A DNA stretch of 31,879 bases from Clostridia bacterium. GTDB lineage: Bacteria; Bacillota; Clostridia; Oscillospirales; CAG-272. Below the pieces are notes generated by a model. It made no database searches. It saw nothing but the letters and a program-made list of their open reading frames with translations, and was not told where the DNA came from. Below are positions 7,451 to 18,488 of this stretch, piece after piece. The DNA lies in NCBI GenBank assembly GCA_017397205.1, contig JAFQJX010000041.1, positions 1 to 31,879 of the forward strand, given 5' to 3'. Position 1 is the stretch's first letter; every line of letters starts with the position of its first letter. Both the position numbers and the translations under genes were made by a program.

Positions 7451-8089
7451 TTAGCCGTGCGTGGGGAATTTGACGGCGGTACCCGATGCCAGCATCCAGG
7501 TATCCCCCTCCGGGACGAGGAGAACGTCCACCGTCACGTCCTTGGTCTGCCCCTCGCCACCCGAAACGGTTGCCGTCAGGGTGAGCCGCGCGCGCTCAGC
7601 GGATTTGCTGACTACCCGCAGGGAGTCAAGGTCATAGGTCACGGGGTCGGTTTTGATGGGCAAGCCGTTTGAATTGACCATCACGCAGACAAAATTGCCG
7701 TTTTTATCGTAGGAATCGTAGCAATAGGCGTAGCTACTGACTCCGTTGTCACCCACAACACTCTTGAAAATGGCGCTCCCCTCTATCTGCTGCACGTAGT
7801 CCTCGCTCCAGACGTCCTTCATATAGGAAAGGATATCCGCCACCTTGACAAAGCCAAGGAGGGAGAGCTCTGCGGCATCTGCGGGGTAATACACGCCGAC
7901 GTTGTCCCCCGTTTCGCAATAGGGAATGCCCTCCTCGTAAAACAGGCGGTTGACGGGGGCGGTCATGGGAATGAGCTCCCGCGCGCGTTCCAGAAGGACC
8001 TCGTCCGTCGGAGGAGGCGTCTCCTCGCCGCAGGAAACGAGCCCGAAAAGAAACAGGCACGCCAGGACAAGCGACAAAATTCGTTTCAT
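7451..8089 (-). CDS. Lipoprotein, possibly IseA-like (DL-endopeptidase inhibitor)
   Basis: Signal peptide MKRILSLVLACLFLFGLVS-C with lipobox. The IseA resemblance is a weak pattern impression only. Confidence 0.7.
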   Translation of the reverse strand: MKRILSLVLACLFLFGLVSCGEETPPPTDEVLLERARELIPMTAPVNRLFYEEGIPYCETGDNVGVYYPADAAELSLLGFVKVADILSYMKDVWSEDYVQQIEGSAIFKSVVGDNGVSSYAYCYDSYDKNGNFVCVMVNSNGLPIKTDPVTYDLDSLRVVSKSAERARLTLTATVSGGEGQTKDVTVDVLLVPEGDTWMLASGTAVKFPTHG

Positions 8090-8104
8090 TGTTCCTCACA
8101 ACAA

Positions 8105-8136
8105 CAAGGAGGAGCCGCAAAAGCGGCTTCTCCTTG
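8105..8136 (-). terminator. Terminator after gyrA
   Basis: Minus strand CAAGGAGAAGCCGC-tttt-GCGGCTCCTCCTTG followed by TTGTTG. Confidence 0.7.
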
Positions 8137-8141
8137 GATTT

Positions 8142-10709
8142 TTATTCTTCGGTTTCCGTGGGAGTGCCCGGCTCGTCAAAGGCGGAGCCCGTTTCGGTCA
8201 TGGCATCCCGTCTGCTTTCCTCGGCATCCGCAAGCACGCCTGCCTCTGCCTCCTCCTCAATCTTCTCCTCGCTTGGCAGGCAGGTGAAGTTGTAAATGAG
8301 GGCACCCTCCTTCAGGCGCATGACGATGACGCCCGTTGCGGTGCGGCTGTAGCAGTTCACTTGGCTAGCGGGGGTACGGATGATGGTGCCGTCGCTGGTG
8401 ATAATCATAATATCATCCTCCTCGCTGACGGTGGCGACGGAGGCAAGCTTGCCCGTCTTGTCGGAGATATTCTGACAGCAGACACCCTTACCGCCGCGGT
8501 GCAGCATGGTGCGGAACTCCTCAAAGTCCGTCCGCTTGCCGTAGCCCTTTTCGGTCATGGTGAGCAGCTTCTTGGTATCGTCTACCACGGCAACGCCGAT
8601 GACGAAATCCCCCTCGCGCAGGGTGATGGCACGGACGCCGCGGGCGGTGCGGCCCATAGAGCGCGCCTGCGCCTCCTCAAAACGGACCGCCATACCCTCG
8701 TGGGTGGCAATCAAGAGCTCGCAGTCACCCGTGGTGTGGCGCACGTACAGAAGCTCGTCGCCCTCGTCCAGCGTGAGCGCGCGCTTGCCGTTCTTCCTCT
8801 GGTACTCGTACTCGGTGAGCAGGGTACGCTTGATGACACCCTGACGGGTCACCATGGTGAGATATTCGCCCTCGCGGAACTCGTCCACCGTAATGACGGC
8901 GGTGAGCTTCTCACCCTCTGCAAGCTCCAGAATATTGACGATATTGGTTCCCTTGGCGTTTCTGCCCGCCTCGGGAATGCGATACACCTTACGGGTATAC
9001 ACCTTTCCGTGGTTGGTGAACATCATCAGCAGAGAATGGCTGTTGCAGACCAGCATATTCTCAACGAAGTCCTCCTCCTTGGTGGTCATACCGATAATGC
9101 CCTTGCCGCCGCGATGCTGGGCGGTGTAGGTATCTGCCCGCTGGCGCTTGATATAGCCGCTGTGCGTCATGGTGATGACGCAGGTATGGCGCTCAATCAG
9201 ATCCTCAATATCAATATCGTCCGCTGCCTCCACGATTTCCGTGCGGCGCTCGTCGCCGAAGCGGTCGCGAATGACAGTCAATTCGTCCTTGATAATCTGC
9301 TTGATTTTGTTCTCGTCTGCAAGGATTGCCTCAAGATTTTCCACCGTTTCGCACAGCTTGGCAAGGCGCTCCTCCACCTTCTGCCGCTCCATGCCGGACA
9401 GGCGGCCCAGCGTCATTTCCACGATTGCCTGTGCCTGTGCATCCGTCAGGGCAAAGCGCGCCATGAGCGCCTCCTTTGCCGCAGGAATGGACTCGGATTT
9501 CTTGATGGTTTCAATGACCTCGTCAATGTGGTCAATGGCAATCTTATAGCCCTCGTAAATGTGCATCTCGCGCAGCGCCTTTTCCAAATCAAAGCGCGTG
9601 CGGTTTTCAATGACGCTCATCTGGTGAGCAATATAGTGGTCAAGAATGTCTGCAAGCGGCAGCACCTTGGGCTCTCCGCCGACGAGCGCCAGCATATTGA
9701 TGGCGCAGGTGTCCTGAAGCTGGGTGTACTTATACAGCTGGTTGAGAATAATCTCTCCGCTGACGTCGCGGCGGTATTCCACCACGATTCTCATGCCCGC
9801 TCTGCCCGATTCGTCGCGCAGGCCCGTGATGCCGTCAATCTTCTTATCCTTGACCAGGTCCGCCATGCTGGTAATCAGCATACTCTTGTTGACCATGTAG
9901 GGGATTTCGGTAATGATAATGCGGTGCTTGTCCTCCTCAATCTCCGCCTTGGCACGCACGTACACGCGGCCACGCCCCGTGGTATAGGCGTTATACAACC
10001 CCGCGGAGCCGTAAATAATGCCCTTTGTGGGGAAATCGGGACCCTTGATGTACTGCATCAGCTCGGGCACGGAGCATTCGGGATTGTCCATGCGGTAGAT
10101 GGTGCCGTCAATGACCTCGCACAGGTTATGGGGAGGGATATTCGTCGCCATACCGACGGCAATCCCCACGCTTCCGTTGACGAGAATGTTGGGGAAGCGG
10201 GAGGGAAGCACGGTCGGCTCGTCACGGGTATTGTCAAAGTTACGGGTCATTTCCACCACGTTCTTTTCAATATCCCGCATCATTTCGTCTGCCAGCCGCG
10301 ACAGGCGCGCCTCGGTATAACGGTAGGCGGCGGCGCCGTCACCGTCCACGTTACCGAAGTTACCGTGACCCTCAACGAGAGGGCCGCGCAGCGAGAAGGG
10401 CTGTGCCAGACGGACCATAGGCTGGTAGACGGCGGCATCACCGTGCGGATGGTACCGACCCAGCACGTTACCTACGGTCGTCGCCGATTTACGGAAGGGC
10501 TTATCGTAGGTGAGATGGTCCTCGTACATAGCGTAGAGAATTCTTCTCTGACCCGGCTTCATGCCGTCCCTGACGTCGGGCAGGGCGCGGCTGGTAATGA
10601 CGGACATGGAATATTCAATAAAGGAGGTTTTTACCTCGTTTTCCATGACGCGGTTTTCTATTTTCTGCTGTTCAATCAGCTCTTCCAGAGACAGTTTCTT
10701 ATCTTCCAT
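8142..10709 (-). CDS. gyrA: DNA gyrase subunit A
   Basis: ALPDVRDGMKP, YHPHGD, catalytic YRYTE, GyrA-box QHRGGKG and acidic tail. Start set at ATG 10709 behind TAAGGA. Confidence 0.97.
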   Translation of the reverse strand: MEDKKLSLEELIEQQKIENRVMENEVKTSFIEYSMSVITSRALPDVRDGMKPGQRRILYAMYEDHLTYDKPFRKSATTVGNVLGRYHPHGDAAVYQPMVRLAQPFSLRGPLVEGHGNFGNVDGDGAAAYRYTEARLSRLADEMMRDIEKNVVEMTRNFDNTRDEPTVLPSRFPNILVNGSVGIAVGMATNIPPHNLCEVIDGTIYRMDNPECSVPELMQYIKGPDFPTKGIIYGSAGLYNAYTTGRGRVYVRAKAEIEEDKHRIIITEIPYMVNKSMLITSMADLVKDKKIDGITGLRDESGRAGMRIVVEYRRDVSGEIILNQLYKYTQLQDTCAINMLALVGGEPKVLPLADILDHYIAHQMSVIENRTRFDLEKALREMHIYEGYKIAIDHIDEVIETIKKSESIPAAKEALMARFALTDAQAQAIVEMTLGRLSGMERQKVEERLAKLCETVENLEAILADENKIKQIIKDELTVIRDRFGDERRTEIVEAADDIDIEDLIERHTCVITMTHSGYIKRQRADTYTAQHRGGKGIIGMTTKEEDFVENMLVCNSHSLLMMFTNHGKVYTRKVYRIPEAGRNAKGTNIVNILELAEGEKLTAVITVDEFREGEYLTMVTRQGVIKRTLLTEYEYQRKNGKRALTLDEGDELLYVRHTTGDCELLIATHEGMAVRFEEAQARSMGRTARGVRAITLREGDFVIGVAVVDDTKKLLTMTEKGYGKRTDFEEFRTMLHRGGKGVCCQNISDKTGKLASVATVSEEDDIMIITSDGTIIRTPASQVNCYSRTATGVIVMRLKEGALIYNFTCLPSEEKIEEEAEAGVLADAEESRRDAMTETGSAFDEPGTPTETEE

Positions 10710-10723
10710 CGTCTTTGTCCTTA

Positions 10724-12667
<1,944 letters not shown>

Positions 12668-12928
12668 TTATTCCTCCAAGTCACCTATGGGTGCATTTAC
12701 TCTTGTTTTCAGCCCCTGCGTTGAGATGCGGGACAGCTTAATCTCTCCCCCCTCCAAAAGGAGAAAGGAACGCGGTAAATCCGTGTCATAATAGGTTACG
12801 TTTCCCTTTTTTTGCTCGCGTGAAAGAAAATCCCTGCCCGCAGAGGAAAGCGAAACGCTGTCCAAATCAAAAATACCGATGATATTCTTTTTCTTAACCG
12901 TCTGTCCGTTCCCGATGTGTAAAAACAT
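12668..12928 (-). CDS. remB: RemB/YaaB (DUF370-like) protein
   Basis: MFLHIG...IIGIFDLD...PRSFLL...SRISTQGLKTR; conserved position between recF and gyrB; GGAGG RBS. Confidence 0.85.
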   Translation of the reverse strand: MFLHIGNGQTVKKKNIIGIFDLDSVSLSSAGRDFLSREQKKGNVTYYDTDLPRSFLLLEGGEIKLSRISTQGLKTRVNAPIGDLEE

Positions 12929-14006
12929 AGCTTCCTCCGTCGACGGATATTTTGTGATACCCCCTGTCCTCCTCAAGGGCTTCGCAGGAGGTGAGTATCA
13001 GCTGCTTTTCCTTCATTTCACGTAACACAAACTGTCGCCGCCCCTCGTCCAGCTCGCTGAGCACGTCGTCAAAGAGAAAGACGGGATATTCCCCTGTCAG
13101 GGCGTGGCTGTATTCTCCCTCTGCCAGCTTGATGGCATGCACGGAGGAGCGCTGCTGCCCCTGAGATGCAAACTGTCTTGCGGAAACGCCGTTGATTTTA
13201 ATTTCAAGGTCATCCCTGTGAATCCCGAAAAGAGAGCATCCGGCTGCCGTTTCCCGCGGCAGATTTTGCGAAAATATCCGCCTGTATGCCTCTTTGATTT
13301 CCGTTTCACACTCTCCCGTGACGTCCGCCACGTAGGAAAGTGAAAGACGTTCCCTGTCCGAGGAGATTTCCTTCATCAGCTCCTCAGCAAAGGGGGACAG
13401 ACCCTCTACGTATTTTTTTCGTCTTAAATAAATCGCCGTCGCAACCTCTGCCATTTTTTCACCCCAGGCAAGCAGCTCGTTCTGGTCAACGTAGCCGCCC
13501 TTCTGGGCAGTTTTCAAAAGATAGTTGCGATTTTCTAAAATTTTGTTGTACTCCGTACAAAAATAGAGATAGCTTTTGTCGCTCTGAGAAATAGCAACGT
13601 TGAGTAGCTCCCGCCGTCCGTCGGGACCCGCCTTGATAATTTGCAGATGCTCGGGGTGAAACAGCACCGCGCGGAAGCTTCCGATCATATCGCTGAGCTT
13701 GGAAAGCCGCACGCCGTTGCGGTGTCTTGTTCTCGTGCCCTCCGTCAGTTCATAGGAAAGCGTCTGGTCCCGCCCGTCGCCGTGATAGGAAATGCCAATG
13801 GAAAAGCCGTTTTCTCCAAAGCGCACCATATCGGCATCCTTGGCGGCGCGAAAGCTTTTTCCGCGCGCAAAGTAATAAATTCCCTCAAGGGCGTTGGTTT
13901 TTCCCTGTGCGTTTTTGCCGCTGAGGACGTTGACGCCAGGATAAAAATCTATCTCGCAGCTCTCTATATTGCGGAAATTTTCTGCCCGAAAGCGCTTGAT
14001 GTACAT
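12894..14006 (-). CDS. recF: DNA replication and repair protein RecF
   Basis: Walker A GKNAQGKTN, signature SQGQQRS and Walker B LFDDVLSELD; start coupled to the dnaN stop (TGATG). Confidence 0.95.
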   Translation of the reverse strand: MYIKRFRAENFRNIESCEIDFYPGVNVLSGKNAQGKTNALEGIYYFARGKSFRAAKDADMVRFGENGFSIGISYHGDGRDQTLSYELTEGTRTRHRNGVRLSKLSDMIGSFRAVLFHPEHLQIIKAGPDGRRELLNVAISQSDKSYLYFCTEYNKILENRNYLLKTAQKGGYVDQNELLAWGEKMAEVATAIYLRRKKYVEGLSPFAEELMKEISSDRERLSLSYVADVTGECETEIKEAYRRIFSQNLPRETAAGCSLFGIHRDDLEIKINGVSARQFASQGQQRSSVHAIKLAEGEYSHALTGEYPVFLFDDVLSELDEGRRQFVLREMKEKQLILTSCEALEEDRGYHKISVDGGSYVFTHRERTDG

Positions 14007-15151
14007 CAGCTCATGCGTACGGGAAGCAGCATATAGAAGGAGTGTTCGCCCTCCTTCTCCTCTGCGGGAACAACCGTCATTGCCTGATTGACGCTCTTAA
14101 GACCGAGGCGCAGCGTATCTGCCTCGCAGGCGCGCACGTTGTTGATCAGGTAGCGGCAGTTAAAGCCGATTGAAATCTCCTCTCCCTCGTGCTGACAGGG
14201 CATTTCGTCGTATACTCTGCCGCTGGAGGAGGTGGAAATCAGCATCAGCTTGCCGTTTGAGATTTCAATTTTTACGTAGTTGCGGCCGCTGACCTGTCCC
14301 TTTTCGTCTGCCACGAGCAGGGCTCTTTCAAGCCCGGAAATCAGGCGGTCTCTTTCCAGGGTGACGAAAATCGTCTGATCCTTGGGCTTGGTTCTTTCAT
14401 AATCAAAATACTCTCCGTCAATCAGACGAGTAAAGAAAATCAGCCCCTCGGTTTTGAGAATGGCGTGCTTTCTTGCAAGATACAGCTTGACAGTTTCCTT
14501 TTTATCGGCAAGCAGCTTGACAATTTCATTCAGAGCATGTCCCGGCAGAATAAAGGAGAAGTTTTCCTCCTCAATTTCACCAACGCTCTTGATTTCACAC
14601 TCCATGGTGCACTCGGAAAGAGAATAGGCGTCGCAGGAAACGAGCTTGATCTGATTCTGACGAATGCAGAAATAGGCACCGCAGAGGTTGGGGCGGCTTT
14701 CGTTGTCGGAGACGCTGTGAAGCACTCTTACAATCATGGAGCGCAGCTTCTCTGCCTCAATTTCAAAGCCCTTGTCGCCCGACAGTTCGGGAAGCCCGGG
14801 GAAATCGGCACCGCCGATGGCATACATGGTGAAGTTCGAGGTTTCGCAGCTGATTTTCACGGACAGCTTCTGGTCCACCTCCAGCGTAATCTCGCCGTTG
14901 TCCATGACCTTGATAATCTGCATCAGGCGCTGTGCGTTGATAATATAGCTGCCACCCTCTACCACCTCGGTTGCCTCAAAGACGGTACGGGTGCCCTTAT
15001 TCATATCGTAGGTGGAGAAGCGCACGGTGTTCCCACCCATGGTTTCTATCAGCACACCCTCCAGGGAGGTAATGGTATTCTTATTGGAAACGGTGCCCAT
15101 CACAGGATACAGGTTTTCAAGGAGCTCTTGCTTTGTAAATACAATTTTCAT
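14006..15151 (-). CDS. dnaN: DNA polymerase III beta sliding clamp
   Basis: About 380 aa; RLIDGEYFDY, IGFNCRYL, C-terminal YMLLPVR; downstream of dnaA. Confidence 0.95.
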   Translation of the reverse strand: MKIVFTKQELLENLYPVMGTVSNKNTITSLEGVLIETMGGNTVRFSTYDMNKGTRTVFEATEVVEGGSYIINAQRLMQIIKVMDNGEITLEVDQKLSVKISCETSNFTMYAIGGADFPGLPELSGDKGFEIEAEKLRSMIVRVLHSVSDNESRPNLCGAYFCIRQNQIKLVSCDAYSLSECTMECEIKSVGEIEEENFSFILPGHALNEIVKLLADKKETVKLYLARKHAILKTEGLIFFTRLIDGEYFDYERTKPKDQTIFVTLERDRLISGLERALLVADEKGQVSGRNYVKIEISNGKLMLISTSSSGRVYDEMPCQHEGEEISIGFNCRYLINNVRACEADTLRLGLKSVNQAMTVVPAEEKEGEHSFYMLLPVRMS

Positions 15152-15410
15152 TTGTTCGTTCCTTTCGGCGGCAAAAAATTATGATTGATTTGTTTTTATA
15201 GTAGGTAGTAGCAGTAGTAGAGCGGTGTCAATATGTGCAAAACTTGCGGTGATGCCGTTTTCCTCGGCTTTTCGCTGACGGAAAAAGAAAAATAGGCGCT
15301 GTCAGTATTCTGTTTGTAGTGACAAAACGAAGCTGTCGCAAAAATGAACGGAGTTATTGACAAAGGAATTGACTGTCAAATTGACAGGTTTTTGACAGGG
15401 TTTTTTTGTC
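15152..15410. other. Chromosomal replication origin oriC (dnaA-dnaN intergenic region)
   Basis: AT-rich tract 15172-15200, DnaA-trio run TAG TAG G TAG TAG CAG TAG TAG (15199-15220), GC spacer AGCGG, tandem boxes at 15226-15242 and further TGACA-core boxes to 15397. Confidence 0.88.
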
Positions 15411-16826
15411 TTACGCCTGTTTTTTTATCTTGGCGGTCAGGGTATCCACGTCACGCCTCGTGTCCTCGTTCTTTTCCATCATTTCCTCAATTTTATTGTT
15501 GGCAGAAATGACGTTTGCGTGGTTACAGCCAAAGAGAGAGCCGATATACGAGAGGGAAAAGTCCGTCAGGGTGCGGAGCAGATACATACAAACGTGCCTT
15601 GCATACACGACGCTTGCCTGTCTGCGGCTTCCCTTAATGGTATCCACGGGCACGTCAAAGTACAGGGAAACCTCGCGGAAAATGCGGTCCGCCACGAAGG
15701 TTGTTTCTTCATTTTGGGACTGCACGTCCAAAAGCGCCTTTTTGACGCTGTCCAGCGTGACGGGGGTTTTCGTCAGAAGATGCATGGCGCTCAGCTTTCT
15801 GAGAGCCCCCTCAATGGTGCGGATATTGTTTTTGATTTTCTTTGCGATATAGGTAATGATTTCAGGGGAGAGCTCCATTCCCATTTTCTCCGCCTTATGC
15901 TTGATAATGGCGGCGCGAAGCTCGGGCGTCGGGGGTTGGATATCCGCAATCAGACCCCATTCAAAGCGGGTACGCAGGCGGTCCGTCAGATTTTTGATTT
16001 CATAGGGAGGACGGTCGCTTGTCAGAATGATTTGCTTCTGATTTTCGTACATGGCGTTGAAGGTGTTGAAAAACTCCTCCTGAATGGCGTTTTTGCCGGC
16101 AATAAAATGGATATCGTCAATCAGAAGCACGTCCGCGCTGCGGTATTTCTGGCGGAACTCCGCCGTGGAGTTGCGCGAAACGCTTTCAATCAGCTCGTTT
16201 CCAAAATCCTCGCCGCGCACGTAGACGATTCTTGCATCGGGGGTGCGGACCTTGATTTCATTGGTAACGGCGTACAGGAGATGCGTTTTTCCAAGGCCGC
16301 TGGGTCCGTAAATAAACAGGGGGTTATATTTTTCCTCCAGCGGGTCGGTCAGAATTTCCTCGTCCGTCGTAAAGGACTGTGCAACGGCAAGGCAGGCGGC
16401 GTGAGCAAAGCGGTTGCTGTCGCCGACGACGAAATTATCAAAGGTATATCCCGCAACGGGCTCCTTTCTTTCAAGCAGCTCCGTCAGGCGCTCCTTTTCC
16501 TCTCTGTCGCGCCGCTCCTCCTCCTCCTCAACAGGGTCGGGAAGTGCCGCCGCCTCACGGCGAAGCTGCTCCATATCCACGTCGCGCACGGAAATTTCAA
16601 CCTGAACGGCAAACCCGAGGACCTCACGGAAGGCAGAGGAAAGGGAATCCATATGATGCGTCAGCAGCACGTTTTTCTTGAACGCATTGACGGTGGAAAC
16701 GGTGACGGTGCTGTCCTTGATTTCCTCAATCTGAAGCTCGCTAAACCACAAATTAAAAACGGTTTTTGAAAATTGACCGTCCAGAATTGCAAGCACCGCG
16801 GCTTCAATATCCTTGTAAACTTCCAT
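15411..16826 (-). CDS. dnaA: Chromosomal replication initiator DnaA
   Basis: YTFDNFVVGDSN, YNPLFIYGPSGLGKTHL (Walker A), LLIDDIHF (Walker B), RLRTRFEWGL, NIRTIEGAL. Domain IV is atypical. Confidence 0.97.
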   Translation of the reverse strand: MEVYKDIEAAVLAILDGQFSKTVFNLWFSELQIEEIKDSTVTVSTVNAFKKNVLLTHHMDSLSSAFREVLGFAVQVEISVRDVDMEQLRREAAALPDPVEEEEERRDREEKERLTELLERKEPVAGYTFDNFVVGDSNRFAHAACLAVAQSFTTDEEILTDPLEEKYNPLFIYGPSGLGKTHLLYAVTNEIKVRTPDARIVYVRGEDFGNELIESVSRNSTAEFRQKYRSADVLLIDDIHFIAGKNAIQEEFFNTFNAMYENQKQIILTSDRPPYEIKNLTDRLRTRFEWGLIADIQPPTPELRAAIIKHKAEKMGMELSPEIITYIAKKIKNNIRTIEGALRKLSAMHLLTKTPVTLDSVKKALLDVQSQNEETTFVADRIFREVSLYFDVPVDTIKGSRRQASVVYARHVCMYLLRTLTDFSLSYIGSLFGCNHANVISANNKIEEMMEKNEDTRRDVDTLTAKIKKQA

Positions 16827-16867
16827 GTGTTCATCCTTTCACGTCGGATTTGTACAAAACCTATATT

Positions 16868-16896
16868 ATTTTACTATAATAATAGTTATAAATCAA
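16868..16896 (-). promoter_or_regulatory. Sigma-A type promoter of dnaA
   Basis: Minus strand TTGATT, 17 bp spacer, TAAAAT. Confidence 0.6.
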
Positions 16897-17028
16897 TCAC
16901 ACACACGCGCGAGATAATAATTATTAACAATATATTTACATTTTAAAAGGAAAAAACAACAAAAAAAGACCTGTTCGGTGCATAAAAAACGCCCCCGAAA
17001 GAGATAACTGTAAAAAAAGGAGCACGGT

Positions 17029-17469
17029 ATGGATAAACAAACGTACGGGGCGCTCGTCAAGCGCCGCGCGGCAAGGACGCGGGTTACCTCCAACTGCCTG
17101 CACGCATTTTTGTGCGGCGGAGCAATCTGCGCCGCAGGACAGCTGCTGACGGAGCTGTATCTGTTTCTCGGCATGGCACAAAGGGATGCCTCCACCACAA
17201 CGACCATTACCCTGATTTTTGTTGCCGCCTCTCTGACGGGCATCGGCGTCTTTGACCGCATTGCCCGCTTTGCGGGGGCAGGGACCCTGCTTCCCGTGAC
17301 GGGATTTGCCAACGCCGTGGTTTCCCCCGCGATTGACAACAAAAGCGAGGGGCTCGTCGTCGGGGTAGGGGCAAAAATCTTTACTGTGGCAGGGCCCGTA
17401 TTGCTGTTTGCAACGCTTTCGGGGGTTGTGTGGGGGGTTATTTACTATGTTATTTCACTTTTTGCGTGA
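17029..17469 (+). CDS. spoVAC: Stage V sporulation protein AC
   Basis: AFLCGGAIC, FAGAGTLLPVTGFANAVVSPA, EGLVVGVGAKIFTVAGPV. Confidence 0.93.
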   Translation: MDKQTYGALVKRRAARTRVTSNCLHAFLCGGAICAAGQLLTELYLFLGMAQRDASTTTTITLIFVAASLTGIGVFDRIARFAGAGTLLPVTGFANAVVSPAIDNKSEGLVVGVGAKIFTVAGPVLLFATLSGVVWGVIYYVISLFA

Positions 17470-17477
17470 GGCAAGGG

Positions 17478-18488
17478 ATGCAGACGGTATTTGAATTCAA
17501 AGAGAAAATAGAGGTGTTTTCCTGGGCGTCAGCCGTGGGAAAATCGGAGCATGACGGTCCCCTCGGGCGCCTGTTTGATTTCTGGGACGAAACGGACCGA
17601 TTCGGAAAAAACACCTGGGAGCTGGCAGAGAGTGAGTTGTCTCACGCCGTCCTTGCGCTTGCGCTCAAGCGGGCAGGGCTTTCGCACCGCGAGGTGGCGT
17701 TTTTGTTCTCGGGGGACCTGCAAAATCAATGCGTGGCGTCCTCTGCGGCGCACGTAGAGGAGGAGATTCCCTTTCTTGGAATATACGGCGCCTGCTCCAC
17801 CTGTACGGAGGGGCTTCTGCTTTCGGCGGTGATGCTGAATGCAGCGGAGGAGCCGCTTGTCGGCGCCGCCGTCACCACCTCGCACAACAGCGCGGCGGAA
17901 CGGCAGTTCCGCACCCCGATTGAATACGGCGGACAAAGAAGCCCCACGGCACAGTGGACGGCAACGGCAGGCGGTGCCTTTCTTCTTAGGAGAGGGGAAC
18001 AACATCCCCACATTGTCAGGGCGATGCCCGGTATTATGGTGGACGGAGGGATCAAGGATGCCTCCAATATGGGTGCGGCAATGGCGCCTGCCGCCGCCGC
18101 AAGCATTCTGTCCTACCTCCGTCTGACGGGCACCGCCCCCGCCGATTACGACGCCATCGTGACGGGGGACCTCGGGCGGGAGGGCTCCGCCCTGCTTGAA
18201 ATGCTGCTGCGGGAAAAGGGCGTTTTTCTTGGCGACAGGCACAGGGACTGCGGCAATATGATGTATGACCCCAAGAAAAGCGACTGTCACGCGGGCGGCT
18301 CGGGCTGTGGCTGCAGCGCCGCCGTGCTGGCGGGGCATTTTCTGCCGTGCCTCGCGGAGGGAGAGTATCGGCGTATTTTGTTTTTGTCAACGGGGGCGCT
18401 TATGAGCCCCGCCTCCATTCAGCAGGGAGGCAGCATTATCGGGGTCGCGCCCGTCATTGAGCTTGTGGGAGGAAATGGAAATGGGTGA
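17478..18488 (+). CDS. spoVAD: Stage V sporulation protein AD (dipicolinate-binding)
   Basis: GKSEHDGPLG, GDLQNQC, GIYGACST, ERQFRTPIEYGGQRSPTAQWT, MGAAMAPAA, TGDLG, GGSGCGCSA, TGALMSP. Confidence 0.95.
   Translation: MQTVFEFKEKIEVFSWASAVGKSEHDGPLGRLFDFWDETDRFGKNTWELAESELSHAVLALALKRAGLSHREVAFLFSGDLQNQCVASSAAHVEEEIPFLGIYGACSTCTEGLLLSAVMLNAAEEPLVGAAVTTSHNSAAERQFRTPIEYGGQRSPTAQWTATAGGAFLLRRGEQHPHIVRAMPGIMVDGGIKDASNMGAAMAPAAAASILSYLRLTGTAPADYDAIVTGDLGREGSALLEMLLREKGVFLGDRHRDCGNMMYDPKKSDCHAGGSGCGCSAAVLAGHFLPCLAEGEYRRILFLSTGALMSPASIQQGGSIIGVAPVIELVGGNGNG

Noticed and set aside
4731-8137. 14-15 nt matches to the gyrA terminator arms at 4732-4746 and 6690-6703
   Set aside because: Matches of this length are expected about once or more by chance in a 32-kb self-comparison, and one lies in coding sequence.
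13015-13030. parS-like CATTTCACGTAACACA inside recF
   Set aside because: Four mismatches to the 16-bp consensus, in coding sequence.
15226-15397. TTGACA hexamers in oriC read as sigma-A -35 boxes
   Set aside because: They occur in both orientations at high density, and the ones checked have no -10 element 17 bp away.
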